From NCBI GenBank assembly GCA_044345725.1, contig JBIJAO010000001.1:57559-121558 (forward strand): 64,000 bases of DNA, read 5' to 3'. The translations under genes and the position numbers were made by a program. Shown here piece by piece: positions 8,336-17,308 of the stretch. Source of the DNA: Ilumatobacteraceae bacterium. Lineage in GTDB: Bacteria > Actinomycetota > Acidimicrobiia > Acidimicrobiales > Ilumatobacteraceae. Within the stretch, counting starts at the first letter, position 1. Each line of letters opens with the position of its first letter. The notes beneath the pieces are model-generated. The model was not told where the DNA came from. It made no database searches and saw nothing but the letters and a program-made list of their open reading frames with translations.

Positions 8336-9205
8336 ATGACCGTTGATCAGTTTCTCACTCAATCTCGGGTTCTCATTGTGGCGGGAAAAGGTGGCGTCGG
8401 GAAATCAACCACATCTGTGGCGCTCGCACAGCTTGCTCATCATCACGGTGTTTCGGTTGCCCACATTGAATTGGACGGCAAATCGTTGCCTCATGGCCTT
8501 GACCCTGCTGTGACCCAGTTCTCACTCACCCCCGGTGATGCGCTGCGCGAATACCTCGCCACACACGGATTGGCCCGGGTGGGTCAGCGACTTGAGAGCA
8601 CCGGAATTTTGGACTTGGTCGCATCCACTGCACCTGGAATCGATGACCTCCTTGTGCTCGGGAAAATCAAACAGATGGAACAAAGCCGGGAACACGACCT
8701 GATTGTGGTTGATGGACCCGCCGCCGGACAGGCCATCGGATTGTTGCGTGCCGCAGCAACAATGCAATCAACGGTGTCATCTGGGCCGATCAGTCAACAA
8801 GCACAAGAAGTGCGCAACATGGTGAGTGATCCGTCTCGGTGTCGAGTAATTCTTGTAACAACTCCAGCACATACTCCTGTTGTCGAACTTCTTGAAACAC
8901 GTCAACAACTCATCGACGAAGTAGGCGTAGCGCTTGGACCAATCATTGTGAACGGAGTTGATCGCACTCCACTTGGGTCACCGCCACCACTGACGGACAT
9001 CCATAATGAAGATGATGCGTACACAGATCTTGTTACTGCATGGGAATACCGACAACAGCGCCAAAAAGCACAGTTAGAAGCAATTGCACTTCTACGTTCG
9101 AAAACTGACCAACAGATAGTTCTCGTACCGCGGTATCTGTCCAACACCACGATTATTGAAAATGTGGTACGAGATTTATCACACGAGTTGGAAGCAACGC
9201 AATGA
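8336..9205 (+). CDS. ArsA/Get3-like P-loop ATPase (first of a pair)
   Basis: Deviant Walker A VAGKGGVGKST. The size and order resemble the actinobacterial two-gene ArsA-like pair (from memory Rv3679/Rv3680 in M. tuberculosis). Confidence 0.75.
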   Translation: MTVDQFLTQSRVLIVAGKGGVGKSTTSVALAQLAHHHGVSVAHIELDGKSLPHGLDPAVTQFSLTPGDALREYLATHGLARVGQRLESTGILDLVASTAPGIDDLLVLGKIKQMEQSREHDLIVVDGPAAGQAIGLLRAAATMQSTVSSGPISQQAQEVRNMVSDPSRCRVILVTTPAHTPVVELLETRQQLIDEVGVALGPIIVNGVDRTPLGSPPPLTDIHNEDDAYTDLVTAWEYRQQRQKAQLEAIALLRSKTDQQIVLVPRYLSNTTIIENVVRDLSHELEATQ

Positions 9206-10311
9206 ATACCAACGTGCATTCTCCCAATAACGAATTATTAGAAAAATGTCGCAACGCCAAAATTATTGTGTGTTGTGGAACAGGTGGTGTAGGAAAAACT
9301 TCTGTTGCCGCTGCACTCGCAATGATCTGTGCACGCGAAGGTCGAAAAGCAGTGGTTGTCACCATTGATCCGGCGCGACGACTTGTCGATGCGATTGGTC
9401 TCGCCGATCAAGTTGGAAATGATCCAGCACGCGTTCATCTTGATGCACCAGGTCAAATGTGGGTCACGATGCTGCACGTGCGAGAGACCTTTGATGGGTT
9501 GATTCGTGAAGTGGCGCCCACTCCTCAGCGTGCAGATGAAGTCATCAATAATTCGTTTTACGCAAATATCGCCGAATCAATTTCCGGTACCCGCGACTAC
9601 ATGGCCGCAGCACGTCTGTATTCACTTCATTACGATGACCGCTTTGACGTCGTCATCGTCGATACGCCACCAACACGCAACGCGCTTGATTTTCTCGATG
9701 CGCCAGAGCGACTCGCGCGTTTCCTCAACCACCCCATCGTTCGCTTCTTATCGACGCCAGCACGAGGTGGTTTCAAAGTAGTGAGTTTCGCGTTGACGCC
9801 TGTTGTGAAAATCATTGGACGAGTGGTGGGATCTGACGCGCTTGAAAGTGCCATTTCATTCCTTCGTGCATTCGACGGCATGCAAGATGTGTTGCGTGAT
9901 AGGGCACTGGAAGTTGCCACACTATTGCGAGCAGATCACACGGCCTTTGCTGTCGTTGCAGCGCCACAAAAAGAAGCTCTCGACGAAGCGCGCTACTTCA
10001 TGTCGGAACTTTCCCGACTTTCACTACCACTACAGATCCTCATTGCAAATCGCATGCCACCGCGATTTGGAACACTGTCGGCAGATGATGCTTCCGCAAA
10101 ATCTCGCGACAGTGGTCCGCTGTCAGATGCGTATGCAAACTTGGCTGTTCTCACCCGTGAAGCCGACATCGCAGACTCGGTCATACAGACGTTTGTGAGC
10201 CCGTACGAGGCAGACGTTGTTGTGTCGTATGCCTACGAGCGCGCAGACGACATCCACGACATGGCGGGCATTGCACAGTTGGCCAATGACCTCACCGGTT
10301 CATCCAACTAG
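9202..10311 (+). CDS. ArsA/Get3-like P-loop ATPase (second of a pair)
   Basis: CCGTGGVGKTSVAAALA...VVVTIDPARRL and VIVDTPPTRNALDFLDAP. 4-nt overlap with the upstream gene. Confidence 0.8.
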   Translation: MNTNVHSPNNELLEKCRNAKIIVCCGTGGVGKTSVAAALAMICAREGRKAVVVTIDPARRLVDAIGLADQVGNDPARVHLDAPGQMWVTMLHVRETFDGLIREVAPTPQRADEVINNSFYANIAESISGTRDYMAAARLYSLHYDDRFDVVIVDTPPTRNALDFLDAPERLARFLNHPIVRFLSTPARGGFKVVSFALTPVVKIIGRVVGSDALESAISFLRAFDGMQDVLRDRALEVATLLRADHTAFAVVAAPQKEALDEARYFMSELSRLSLPLQILIANRMPPRFGTLSADDASAKSRDSGPLSDAYANLAVLTREADIADSVIQTFVSPYEADVVVSYAYERADDIHDMAGIAQLANDLTGSSN

Positions 10312-10314
10312 GAT

Positions 10315-10797
10315 GTGATCGTGCATATTTTGGTTGCCACCGATGCCCAGTGGGTTCTTGATGATGTCATGGCGGCGCTGAGTTCGCCTTCGACCACTTT
10401 CACTGTTGTCACTAACGGCCGCGAAGTAGGAAAAGCTGTCAAGGAACGCACACCCGACCTTGCCATCCTCGACCTGCAAGTAGGAACAATGGGCGGCATG
10501 GCAATCACCATGGATCTTCGTCTCGACCACAGCAGCGGTGCAATGCCCCACGTCCCAGTTCTTATGTTGCTTGATCGCAAAGCAGACATTCACCTAGCGC
10601 GACGCAGCGGCGCAAATGGTTGGCTCATTAAGCCACTTAATGCATTGAAATTACGTAAGGCCGCGCAAGAAATTGCAAGTGGCGGATGTTTTGCAGAAGG
10701 CCTCGACCAACCTGGTGCAATTGATACAACAGTTGATGCATCCGACGATGCAGTGCCAACTGACGACTCAGCCAACGCAGATAGCCTGACGCCCTAG
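10315..10797 (+). CDS. Stand-alone receiver (REC) domain protein with Asp/Thr-rich acidic tail
   Basis: GTG start. PDLAILDLQVGTMGG (phospho-acceptor Asp context) and GWLIKP (conserved Lys). There is no output domain. Confidence 0.65.
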   Translation: MIVHILVATDAQWVLDDVMAALSSPSTTFTVVTNGREVGKAVKERTPDLAILDLQVGTMGGMAITMDLRLDHSSGAMPHVPVLMLLDRKADIHLARRSGANGWLIKPLNALKLRKAAQEIASGGCFAEGLDQPGAIDTTVDASDDAVPTDDSANADSLTP

Positions 10798-10815
10798 TCC
10801 GACAAGGACAACCAC

Positions 10816-10889
10816 CGGGGTGTGGCGCAGCTTGGTAGCGCGCGTCGTTCGGGACGACGAGGCCGCAGGTTCAAATCCTGTCACCCCGA
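10816..10889 (+). tRNA. tRNA-Pro (anticodon CGG)
   Basis: Cloverleaf read by hand: acceptor CGGGGTG/CACCCCG, D arm GCGC-AGCTTGGTA-GCGC, anticodon stem CGTCG/CGACG with loop TTCGGGA, T loop TTCAAAT. CCA is not encoded. Confidence 0.9.
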
Positions 10890-10907
10890 CTCCAACAATT
10901 TTTGAAA

Positions 10908-10925
10908 CGCAACAGTGCAGTTGCG
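10908..10925. terminator. Weak candidate bidirectional hairpin between tRNA-Pro and asd
   Basis: CGCAAC-agtgca-GTTGCG (6-bp stem), flanked by TTTTTGAAA on one side. No strong T-run. Confidence 0.3.
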
Positions 10926-10939
10926 CCGAAAGATAATTG

Positions 10940-11968
<1,029 letters not shown>

Positions 11969-11973
11969 TTACG

Positions 11974-12822
11974 CTAACTGCGTGTAGCCACCAACCACCA
12001 ATGACTTTTGTTGGCTTTATCCAATTTGCGTTGTTCGACGGCAGTGCCGTTGTATGTCACTGCGGGCAACGAGCGGGACTTATGGTGACGAAGGAGAACG
12101 TCTGAGAGTGGGACGCCGGTCTCTTGCGCAGCCGCAATGACCGCTGCTGGCGACAAACGGTTTGCCTGCCAACCCAAGCGAGTTGACCACCGCCATTTCG
12201 CCAATCGAGCGCGCAAGAACGGTACCCGCCATGATGCTCGCATGAGCGCTCCGGCGGGCACAAGGAAAATGTCGGCAGCAACCCACGTGCGGTAATTCAA
12301 CACAATGCGACCGCCAGGTTTCGCAATTCGTAGCGCTTCCCTGGTGAGGGCAAGGGCATCTTCGTTTTTGCAGTGCTGCAAAGTGATGTACGAAAACACC
12401 ACATCAACTGATTGATCTGCCACCGGGATCGTCCGACCATCTGCAATGTGCACCGTGCGTAAATGCATGACATTGCCGAATTCAGCGACAGTGTCACGAC
12501 AACGCTCCAAAAATGCCGCGTCAACATCAGTTGCAATGACTGATGCGAAGTTCTTCGTGAAACCAGCGGTCATGCGACCAATACCAGAACCAATTTCCAG
12601 CAACGTTGCATTGCCCGCCATCTGCAGTAGCTGGAAGCGACGCATGTACACGTCGACTTCCTTGTCGCCTTGTTGCACAAATTGAGCGAGCGTCAGTGCA
12701 CTCCCAGTTTCGTTATTAAAGACCCAGCCGGTTTCCCGAACTACCTCGTCGGCGCTTTGAGGACCTTCGGCGCGTTCACCAGCGGTGCGCCAAGGCGTGA
12801 GTTGAGGTCGCCGACGTGTCAT
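11974..12822 (-). CDS. Class I SAM-dependent methyltransferase (substrate unknown)
   Basis: Motif I LLEIGSGIGRMT, a post-I acidic residue (ATDVD) and a PGGRIVL motif. It sits between ask and asd. Confidence 0.75.
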   Translation of the reverse strand: MTRRRPQLTPWRTAGERAEGPQSADEVVRETGWVFNNETGSALTLAQFVQQGDKEVDVYMRRFQLLQMAGNATLLEIGSGIGRMTAGFTKNFASVIATDVDAAFLERCRDTVAEFGNVMHLRTVHIADGRTIPVADQSVDVVFSYITLQHCKNEDALALTREALRIAKPGGRIVLNYRTWVAADIFLVPAGALMRASWRVPFLRARLAKWRWSTRLGWQANRLSPAAVIAAAQETGVPLSDVLLRHHKSRSLPAVTYNGTAVEQRKLDKANKSHWWLVATRS

Positions 12823-12845
12823 GTATTCGATATTGGCAGGTACGA

Positions 12846-14108
12846 CTACTTGCGCTCTGGCAAGGGAGCCGAATATGCACTGCCACTGTCAAGATCAAAG
12901 GCAGTGTGTAGCGCGCGAACCGCTTTTTCCATGTCTGCCTGTGCGACCACAACAGAGATGCGGATTGTGCTGGTGGAGATCATGTGAATGTTGACGTCGT
13001 TGTCAGCCAACACGCGGAACATCTTGGCGGCTACCCCCGGGCTTGTTTTCATTCCCGCTCCAACAAGAGACACTTTCGCGATTTCGGTTTCGTGCGAAAC
13101 GCCTTCTGCGTTGATCTCTTTTGCAACTCGAGAAACGATTTCCTCGGCCACCTTCATGTCGGCTTTTGGAACCGTAAACGAAATATCGGTATGCCCAGCC
13201 TTTGATGTGTTTTGCACGATCATGTCGACGTTCACATTTGCGTTAGCAAGCGGTTCAAATAACGCAGCCGACACGCCCGGGCGATCAGGAACGCCCGCGA
13301 CTGTGACTTTTGATTCGGATGCGTCATGAACAACACCAGAAATAATCGGCTCTTCCATGGATGAATCTCCTTCGGTGGGGTCACCGGTCACCATCGTGCC
13401 GTGTTCCCAAGTAAAACTGGATCGAACGTGCAAGGGCACATTGTGATTGCGTGCGAATTCAACGGAACGCAACGCCAGCACTTTGCTGCCCACCCCTGCC
13501 ATCTCAAGCATTTCTTCAAAGTTCAATCGGCTGAGTTTTCTTGCTTGAGGAACAATGCGCGGATCGGCAGAAAACACTCCGGTGACATCGGTGTAAATCT
13601 CACACACGTCTGCATCCAGCGCAGCCGCAAGTGCAACAGCGGTTGTGTCACTGCCGCCCCGACCAAGCGTGGTGATTTCACGATCAGTTGACACGCCCTG
13701 AAAGCCTGCAACAACAGCGACCTTGCCAGCTTGCAATGCTTCGCGCACGCGATCGCCTTGCACTTCGAGGATTTTGGCCTTCGTGTGCACAGTGTCGGTG
13801 ATAATGCCAACCTGTGATCCGGTGAAGCTCACCGCTTCAACGCCGACACCCGCTAATGCCATACATAGAAGCGACATAGAGATCCGCTCACCAGTTGTGA
13901 GCAGCATGTCCATTTCTCGGCCAGGATGTACATCTGAGACCTGATGGGCCAGCGACAGCAGATTGTCGGTGGTCTTGCCCATTGCAGACACGACCACCAC
14001 GACCTGATTGCCGTGTTTTTGGGTGTATGCAACATGGTCGGCAACTGCCCGAATGCGCTCGGGATCAGCAACCGAGGTGCCACCAAACTTTTGAACTATC
14101 ACAGCCAC
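12846..14108 (-). CDS. lysC: Aspartate kinase (alpha subunit reading frame)
   Basis: [25 protein letters not shown] and [16 protein letters not shown], with two C-terminal ACT domains. Confidence 0.95.
   Translation of the reverse strand: MAVIVQKFGGTSVADPERIRAVADHVAYTQKHGNQVVVVVSAMGKTTDNLLSLAHQVSDVHPGREMDMLLTTGERISMSLLCMALAGVGVEAVSFTGSQVGIITDTVHTKAKILEVQGDRVREALQAGKVAVVAGFQGVSTDREITTLGRGGSDTTAVALAAALDADVCEIYTDVTGVFSADPRIVPQARKLSRLNFEEMLEMAGVGSKVLALRSVEFARNHNVPLHVRSSFTWEHGTMVTGDPTEGDSSMEEPIISGVVHDASESKVTVAGVPDRPGVSAALFEPLANANVNVDMIVQNTSKAGHTDISFTVPKADMKVAEEIVSRVAKEINAEGVSHETEIAKVSLVGAGMKTSPGVAAKMFRVLADNDVNIHMISTSTIRISVVVAQADMEKAVRALHTAFDLDSGSAYSAPLPERK
13356..13372 (-). promoter_or_regulatory. 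lysC: Internal ribosome-binding site plus in-frame ATG for aspartate kinase beta subunit
   Basis: On the minus strand, AAGGAGA (13366-13372) lies 7 nt upstream of an in-frame ATG (13356-13358, Met251, [12 protein letters not shown]...). This is the position of the lysC-beta start in corynebacteria and mycobacteria. Confidence 0.6.
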
Positions 14109-14155
14109 AGGCGCACAACGCTACCTGCCATGCTCAGAGGTAGCCTGCATAATTT

Positions 14156-14944
14156 GTGGGAACTAGTAAACGATCACGCCAAAAAGCCAACCGTGCGATA
14201 GGTCGCGCCCAAGCCGAGCGCACGCAGGCTCGTAATAAGACACGCAAGCGCATCATCCAATTTGGAGTCGGAATCCCCGTCATCATCTTGGGTCTCTTCT
14301 TGCTCGTGAATCTGGTTGTTGACGACGACGATTCTTCGAATGGCGCAATCGATGTCACCGACACCACCGCAATCACTGGTGACACCCCCTGTCCGGCAAC
14401 AGACGGCATGCAAACGAGAGTGACATCGTTTAGCTCTGCTCCCCAAATGTGTATCGATCCCGCAAAGGCATACACCGCCACATTCACCACGTCGCAAGGC
14501 GTCATTGAAGTGGAACTAGACACGGCAAACACACCAGAGACTGTGAACAACTTCGTCGTGTTGTCGCGTTATAGGTATTACGACTCATCACTTCTGTTCC
14601 GCACCGACCCGTCACTTGACATCATTCAAGGTGGCGGCAAGTCGAATACCGATAGCCCGGGTTACGTGATCCCCGATGAAGGAAGTGGCTACACCTACCA
14701 AGCAGGTGACCTTATGATGGCGCGTACCAACGCACCGAACAGTGCCGGTGCGCAGTTCTTTTTCGCTACTGGTCCAAACGTATCCGTGCTTGATTCACAA
14801 GGTACATATGTGAAATTTGGAAAAGTCACATCGGGCCAAGACGTACTCACAAAGATCATGGCGCTTCACAGTGGACCCGCTGAAGGTTCTGGTGCACCAG
14901 ATCCTGAAGTTGTGGTGGAATCAATCGTTATTTCCGAGAGTTAA
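14156..14944 (+). CDS. Cyclophilin-type peptidyl-prolyl cis-trans isomerase with basic N-terminus and membrane anchor
   Basis: GTG start, a Lys/Arg-rich N-terminus, one TM helix, then FTTSQGVIEVELD...TVNNFV...MARTNAPNSAGAQFFF. Confidence 0.85.
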   Translation: MGTSKRSRQKANRAIGRAQAERTQARNKTRKRIIQFGVGIPVIILGLFLLVNLVVDDDDSSNGAIDVTDTTAITGDTPCPATDGMQTRVTSFSSAPQMCIDPAKAYTATFTTSQGVIEVELDTANTPETVNNFVVLSRYRYYDSSLLFRTDPSLDIIQGGGKSNTDSPGYVIPDEGSGYTYQAGDLMMARTNAPNSAGAQFFFATGPNVSVLDSQGTYVKFGKVTSGQDVLTKIMALHSGPAEGSGAPDPEVVVESIVISES

Positions 14945-14948
14945 AGAC

Positions 14949-15698
14949 TCACGTCAACATAAAAGAATGCAGTCGTTCCACTGATGCTTCTGGAATACCG
15001 TATGCGATAACGGCCTCTGCAAAATCGTTATGCCCTGCGGTGAAATCATCAATCACTGCATGCATCGCACGAGGATCAGCAGCGAGAAAAAATGCCGGTG
15101 CATCTTTTATCGCATGAGCACGCTCTGGATATGTGCGCTCGGCCCATTCACGCATCCGCTTCATTGCTTCTGCAGACAGTGCGTAGTCATTCACGATGTC
15201 ATCACGTGACACTCCAAGCGCGCCAAGAATCAACATGGTGAGAAGACCTGTTCGATCTTTTCCAGCGGCACAGTGATACACAACTGGCGGCGCTTCGTGT
15301 TGTGCCACAAGATCAAACGCGCGTGCGAAACGATCATGAGCATCAGCGAGGATGTCGCGGTATCCCCACACCAAAAAATCAGCAACGTCGTCGAAGTGTG
15401 GAATCTCTGATTTCTCCCACACCACGTCCATAAGTGGCACGTTATGAAAATCAACCGGGTGGTCTGCCGTAGGAAATGTGCCGTGTTCTTCGAGTTCGGC
15501 CGCGGTGCGAAGATCGATCACAGTTTTGATATCGAGGCGACGGATCGTTTCCATGTCGGTTGGGGCAAGACGATAGAGACCATCAGCCCGATAGACGAGA
15601 CTGTGCTTTACGAATGCCCCGTCGCGAGCCCTGTAGCCACCAATGTCGCGGAAGTTGTGAACGGCTTCAAGTGGGACGTGTCGGGGTGCAGTATTCAT
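14949..15698 (-). CDS. Tyrosine-protein phosphatase (Tyr/Ser phosphatase superfamily)
   Basis: P-loop HCAAGKDRTG (C-x5-R). Confidence 0.8.
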   Translation of the reverse strand: MNTAPRHVPLEAVHNFRDIGGYRARDGAFVKHSLVYRADGLYRLAPTDMETIRRLDIKTVIDLRTAAELEEHGTFPTADHPVDFHNVPLMDVVWEKSEIPHFDDVADFLVWGYRDILADAHDRFARAFDLVAQHEAPPVVYHCAAGKDRTGLLTMLILGALGVSRDDIVNDYALSAEAMKRMREWAERTYPERAHAIKDAPAFFLAADPRAMHAVIDDFTAGHNDFAEAVIAYGIPEASVERLHSFMLT

Positions 15699-15752
15699 AG
15701 GACCTCTTCGACGATACGCCGTGAAGATGGCTGTGTTGTTACCCTCAGATGA

Positions 15753-16616
15753 ATGGACAGTACTTCTATTTCACGTGTTGGTATCTGCGGCTCAGGAATC
15801 ATGGGCTCTGGCCTTGCCGAAGTTGCAGCAAAAGCCGGTTACACAGTCGTCGTGCGCTCACGTTCTGCTGATTCAGCGCAAGCAATGATCACCACAATCG
15901 ACAAAGGACTATCGAAGCAAGTTGAGCGTGAAAAGATCAGCGCTGACGACAAGGCCGCGATCATGTCTCGTTTATCAGCAACGGCGTCTTTGTCAGACCT
16001 CGCCGACTGCGACCTCGTGATTGAATCAGTCGTTGAAGACCTCGAAGTAAAGAAGCAGTTGTTTGCTGAGCTGGACAAGATCGTGAAGCCGTCGGGCATT
16101 CTTGCAACAAATACCAGCACCTTGCCGGTTGTAGAAATGGCGATGTCAACATCGCGTCCCGACAAAGTATGTGGCATTCACTTCTTTAACCCAGCACCAG
16201 CAATGCCACTTGTGGAAGTTGTACGCCCCATCACGGCATCCGACGACACCACTGCTGCTGCACACGCATTTGTCGACAAGTGTGGCAAGAGCGGCGTTGC
16301 AGTGAAAGACCGCGCTGGGTTCATTGTGAACGCTTTGTTGTTCCCCTACTTAAACAACGCCATCCGAATCTGGGAAACCGGCACCGCTTCTATGGAAGAC
16401 ATCGACACCGCAATGAAGGGCGGCTGCAATTTCCCAATGGGTCCATTTGCATTGCTCGATCTTGTTGGCCTCGACACATCGTTGTCGATTCTCGATGCGC
16501 TCCACAAAGAGTTTGCTGATCCCAACTACGCAGCAGTACCAACCTTGCGTCGTCTGGTTGCGGCCGGCAAACTCGGACGTAAATCTGGCGAAGGTTTCTA
16601 CAACTACGCCAAATAA
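15753..16616 (+). CDS. hbd: 3-hydroxybutyryl-CoA (3-hydroxyacyl-CoA) dehydrogenase
   Basis: Rossmann fold VGICGSGIMGSGLA, NTSTLP, HFFNPAP and RAGFIVNALL. Confidence 0.85.
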   Translation: MDSTSISRVGICGSGIMGSGLAEVAAKAGYTVVVRSRSADSAQAMITTIDKGLSKQVEREKISADDKAAIMSRLSATASLSDLADCDLVIESVVEDLEVKKQLFAELDKIVKPSGILATNTSTLPVVEMAMSTSRPDKVCGIHFFNPAPAMPLVEVVRPITASDDTTAAAHAFVDKCGKSGVAVKDRAGFIVNALLFPYLNNAIRIWETGTASMEDIDTAMKGGCNFPMGPFALLDLVGLDTSLSILDALHKEFADPNYAAVPTLRRLVAAGKLGRKSGEGFYNYAK

Positions 16617-16628
16617 TTGGCGAAGTAG

Positions 16629-17276
16629 ATGTCGTTTTTCGACACGACTGAATGGTCGTTTCCACCGGTCGCATCATGGCCAGACGACGACGTCATCGCA
16701 GTCGGTGCCGACTTAGAACCAGAAACGTTGCTCTATGGCTACGCGCATGGATTTTTTCCGATGTATCTCGACCACAAGTCACGATTACTTGGTTGGTGGT
16801 CACCACAACAACGAGGCGTATTGCCACTTGACGGATTAATTGTCTCGCGATCAATGCGGCAAAGTGCTCGCAAGTACACCACGACGTTCAATGTTGCTTT
16901 TCGTGACGTGATGCTTGGATGTGCATCTCAACGAGAAGATGGCAATTGGATTACCGATGACTTCGTTGACGCCTACTGCACATTGCACTCACTGGGTTGG
17001 GCACACAGCGTGGAGACCTGGGACGACAACAATCAACTCGTGGGTGGTTTATACGGTGTGCGGATTAATCGCTTCTTTGCAGGCGAATCAATGTTCCACC
17101 GCAAGACTGATGCGTCGAAAGTGGCGCTGATGTCACTTGTCGGAGCTATGCAGGCAGACAACATGGAACTGCTTGATACCCAATGGCAGACAGAACATCT
17201 TGCATCTCTTGGGGTAATTGAGGTTCCTCGTCTTCAATACCTCGATCTCTTGGCACAAGCGGTTCGTTCGCAGTAG
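16629..17276 (+). CDS. aat: Leucyl/phenylalanyl-tRNA--protein transferase
   Basis: YAHGFFPMY, WWSPQQRGVLPL, WITDDFVDAY, GWAHSVE, FFAGESMFH and ELLDTQW. Confidence 0.85.
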   Translation: MSFFDTTEWSFPPVASWPDDDVIAVGADLEPETLLYGYAHGFFPMYLDHKSRLLGWWSPQQRGVLPLDGLIVSRSMRQSARKYTTTFNVAFRDVMLGCASQREDGNWITDDFVDAYCTLHSLGWAHSVETWDDNNQLVGGLYGVRINRFFAGESMFHRKTDASKVALMSLVGAMQADNMELLDTQWQTEHLASLGVIEVPRLQYLDLLAQAVRSQ

Positions 17277-17308
17277 GGATACCTCGGTGCGATTGCCATA
17301 CTTGAGGC

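Noticed and set aside
7584-8339. Long antisense ORFs opposite well-supported genes. Examples: 7584-8339 (opposite NfeD), 44011-44796 (CopCD), 46237-46866 (pccB), 18256-18822 (mutase), and 19593-20465 (spanning the hydroxylase-like gene and LysM).
   Set aside because: Their translations are Arg/Ser/Pro/Cys-rich low-complexity strings with no recognisable motifs. The opposite-strand genes carry clear family signatures. These are typical shadow ORFs of a mid/high-GC genome.
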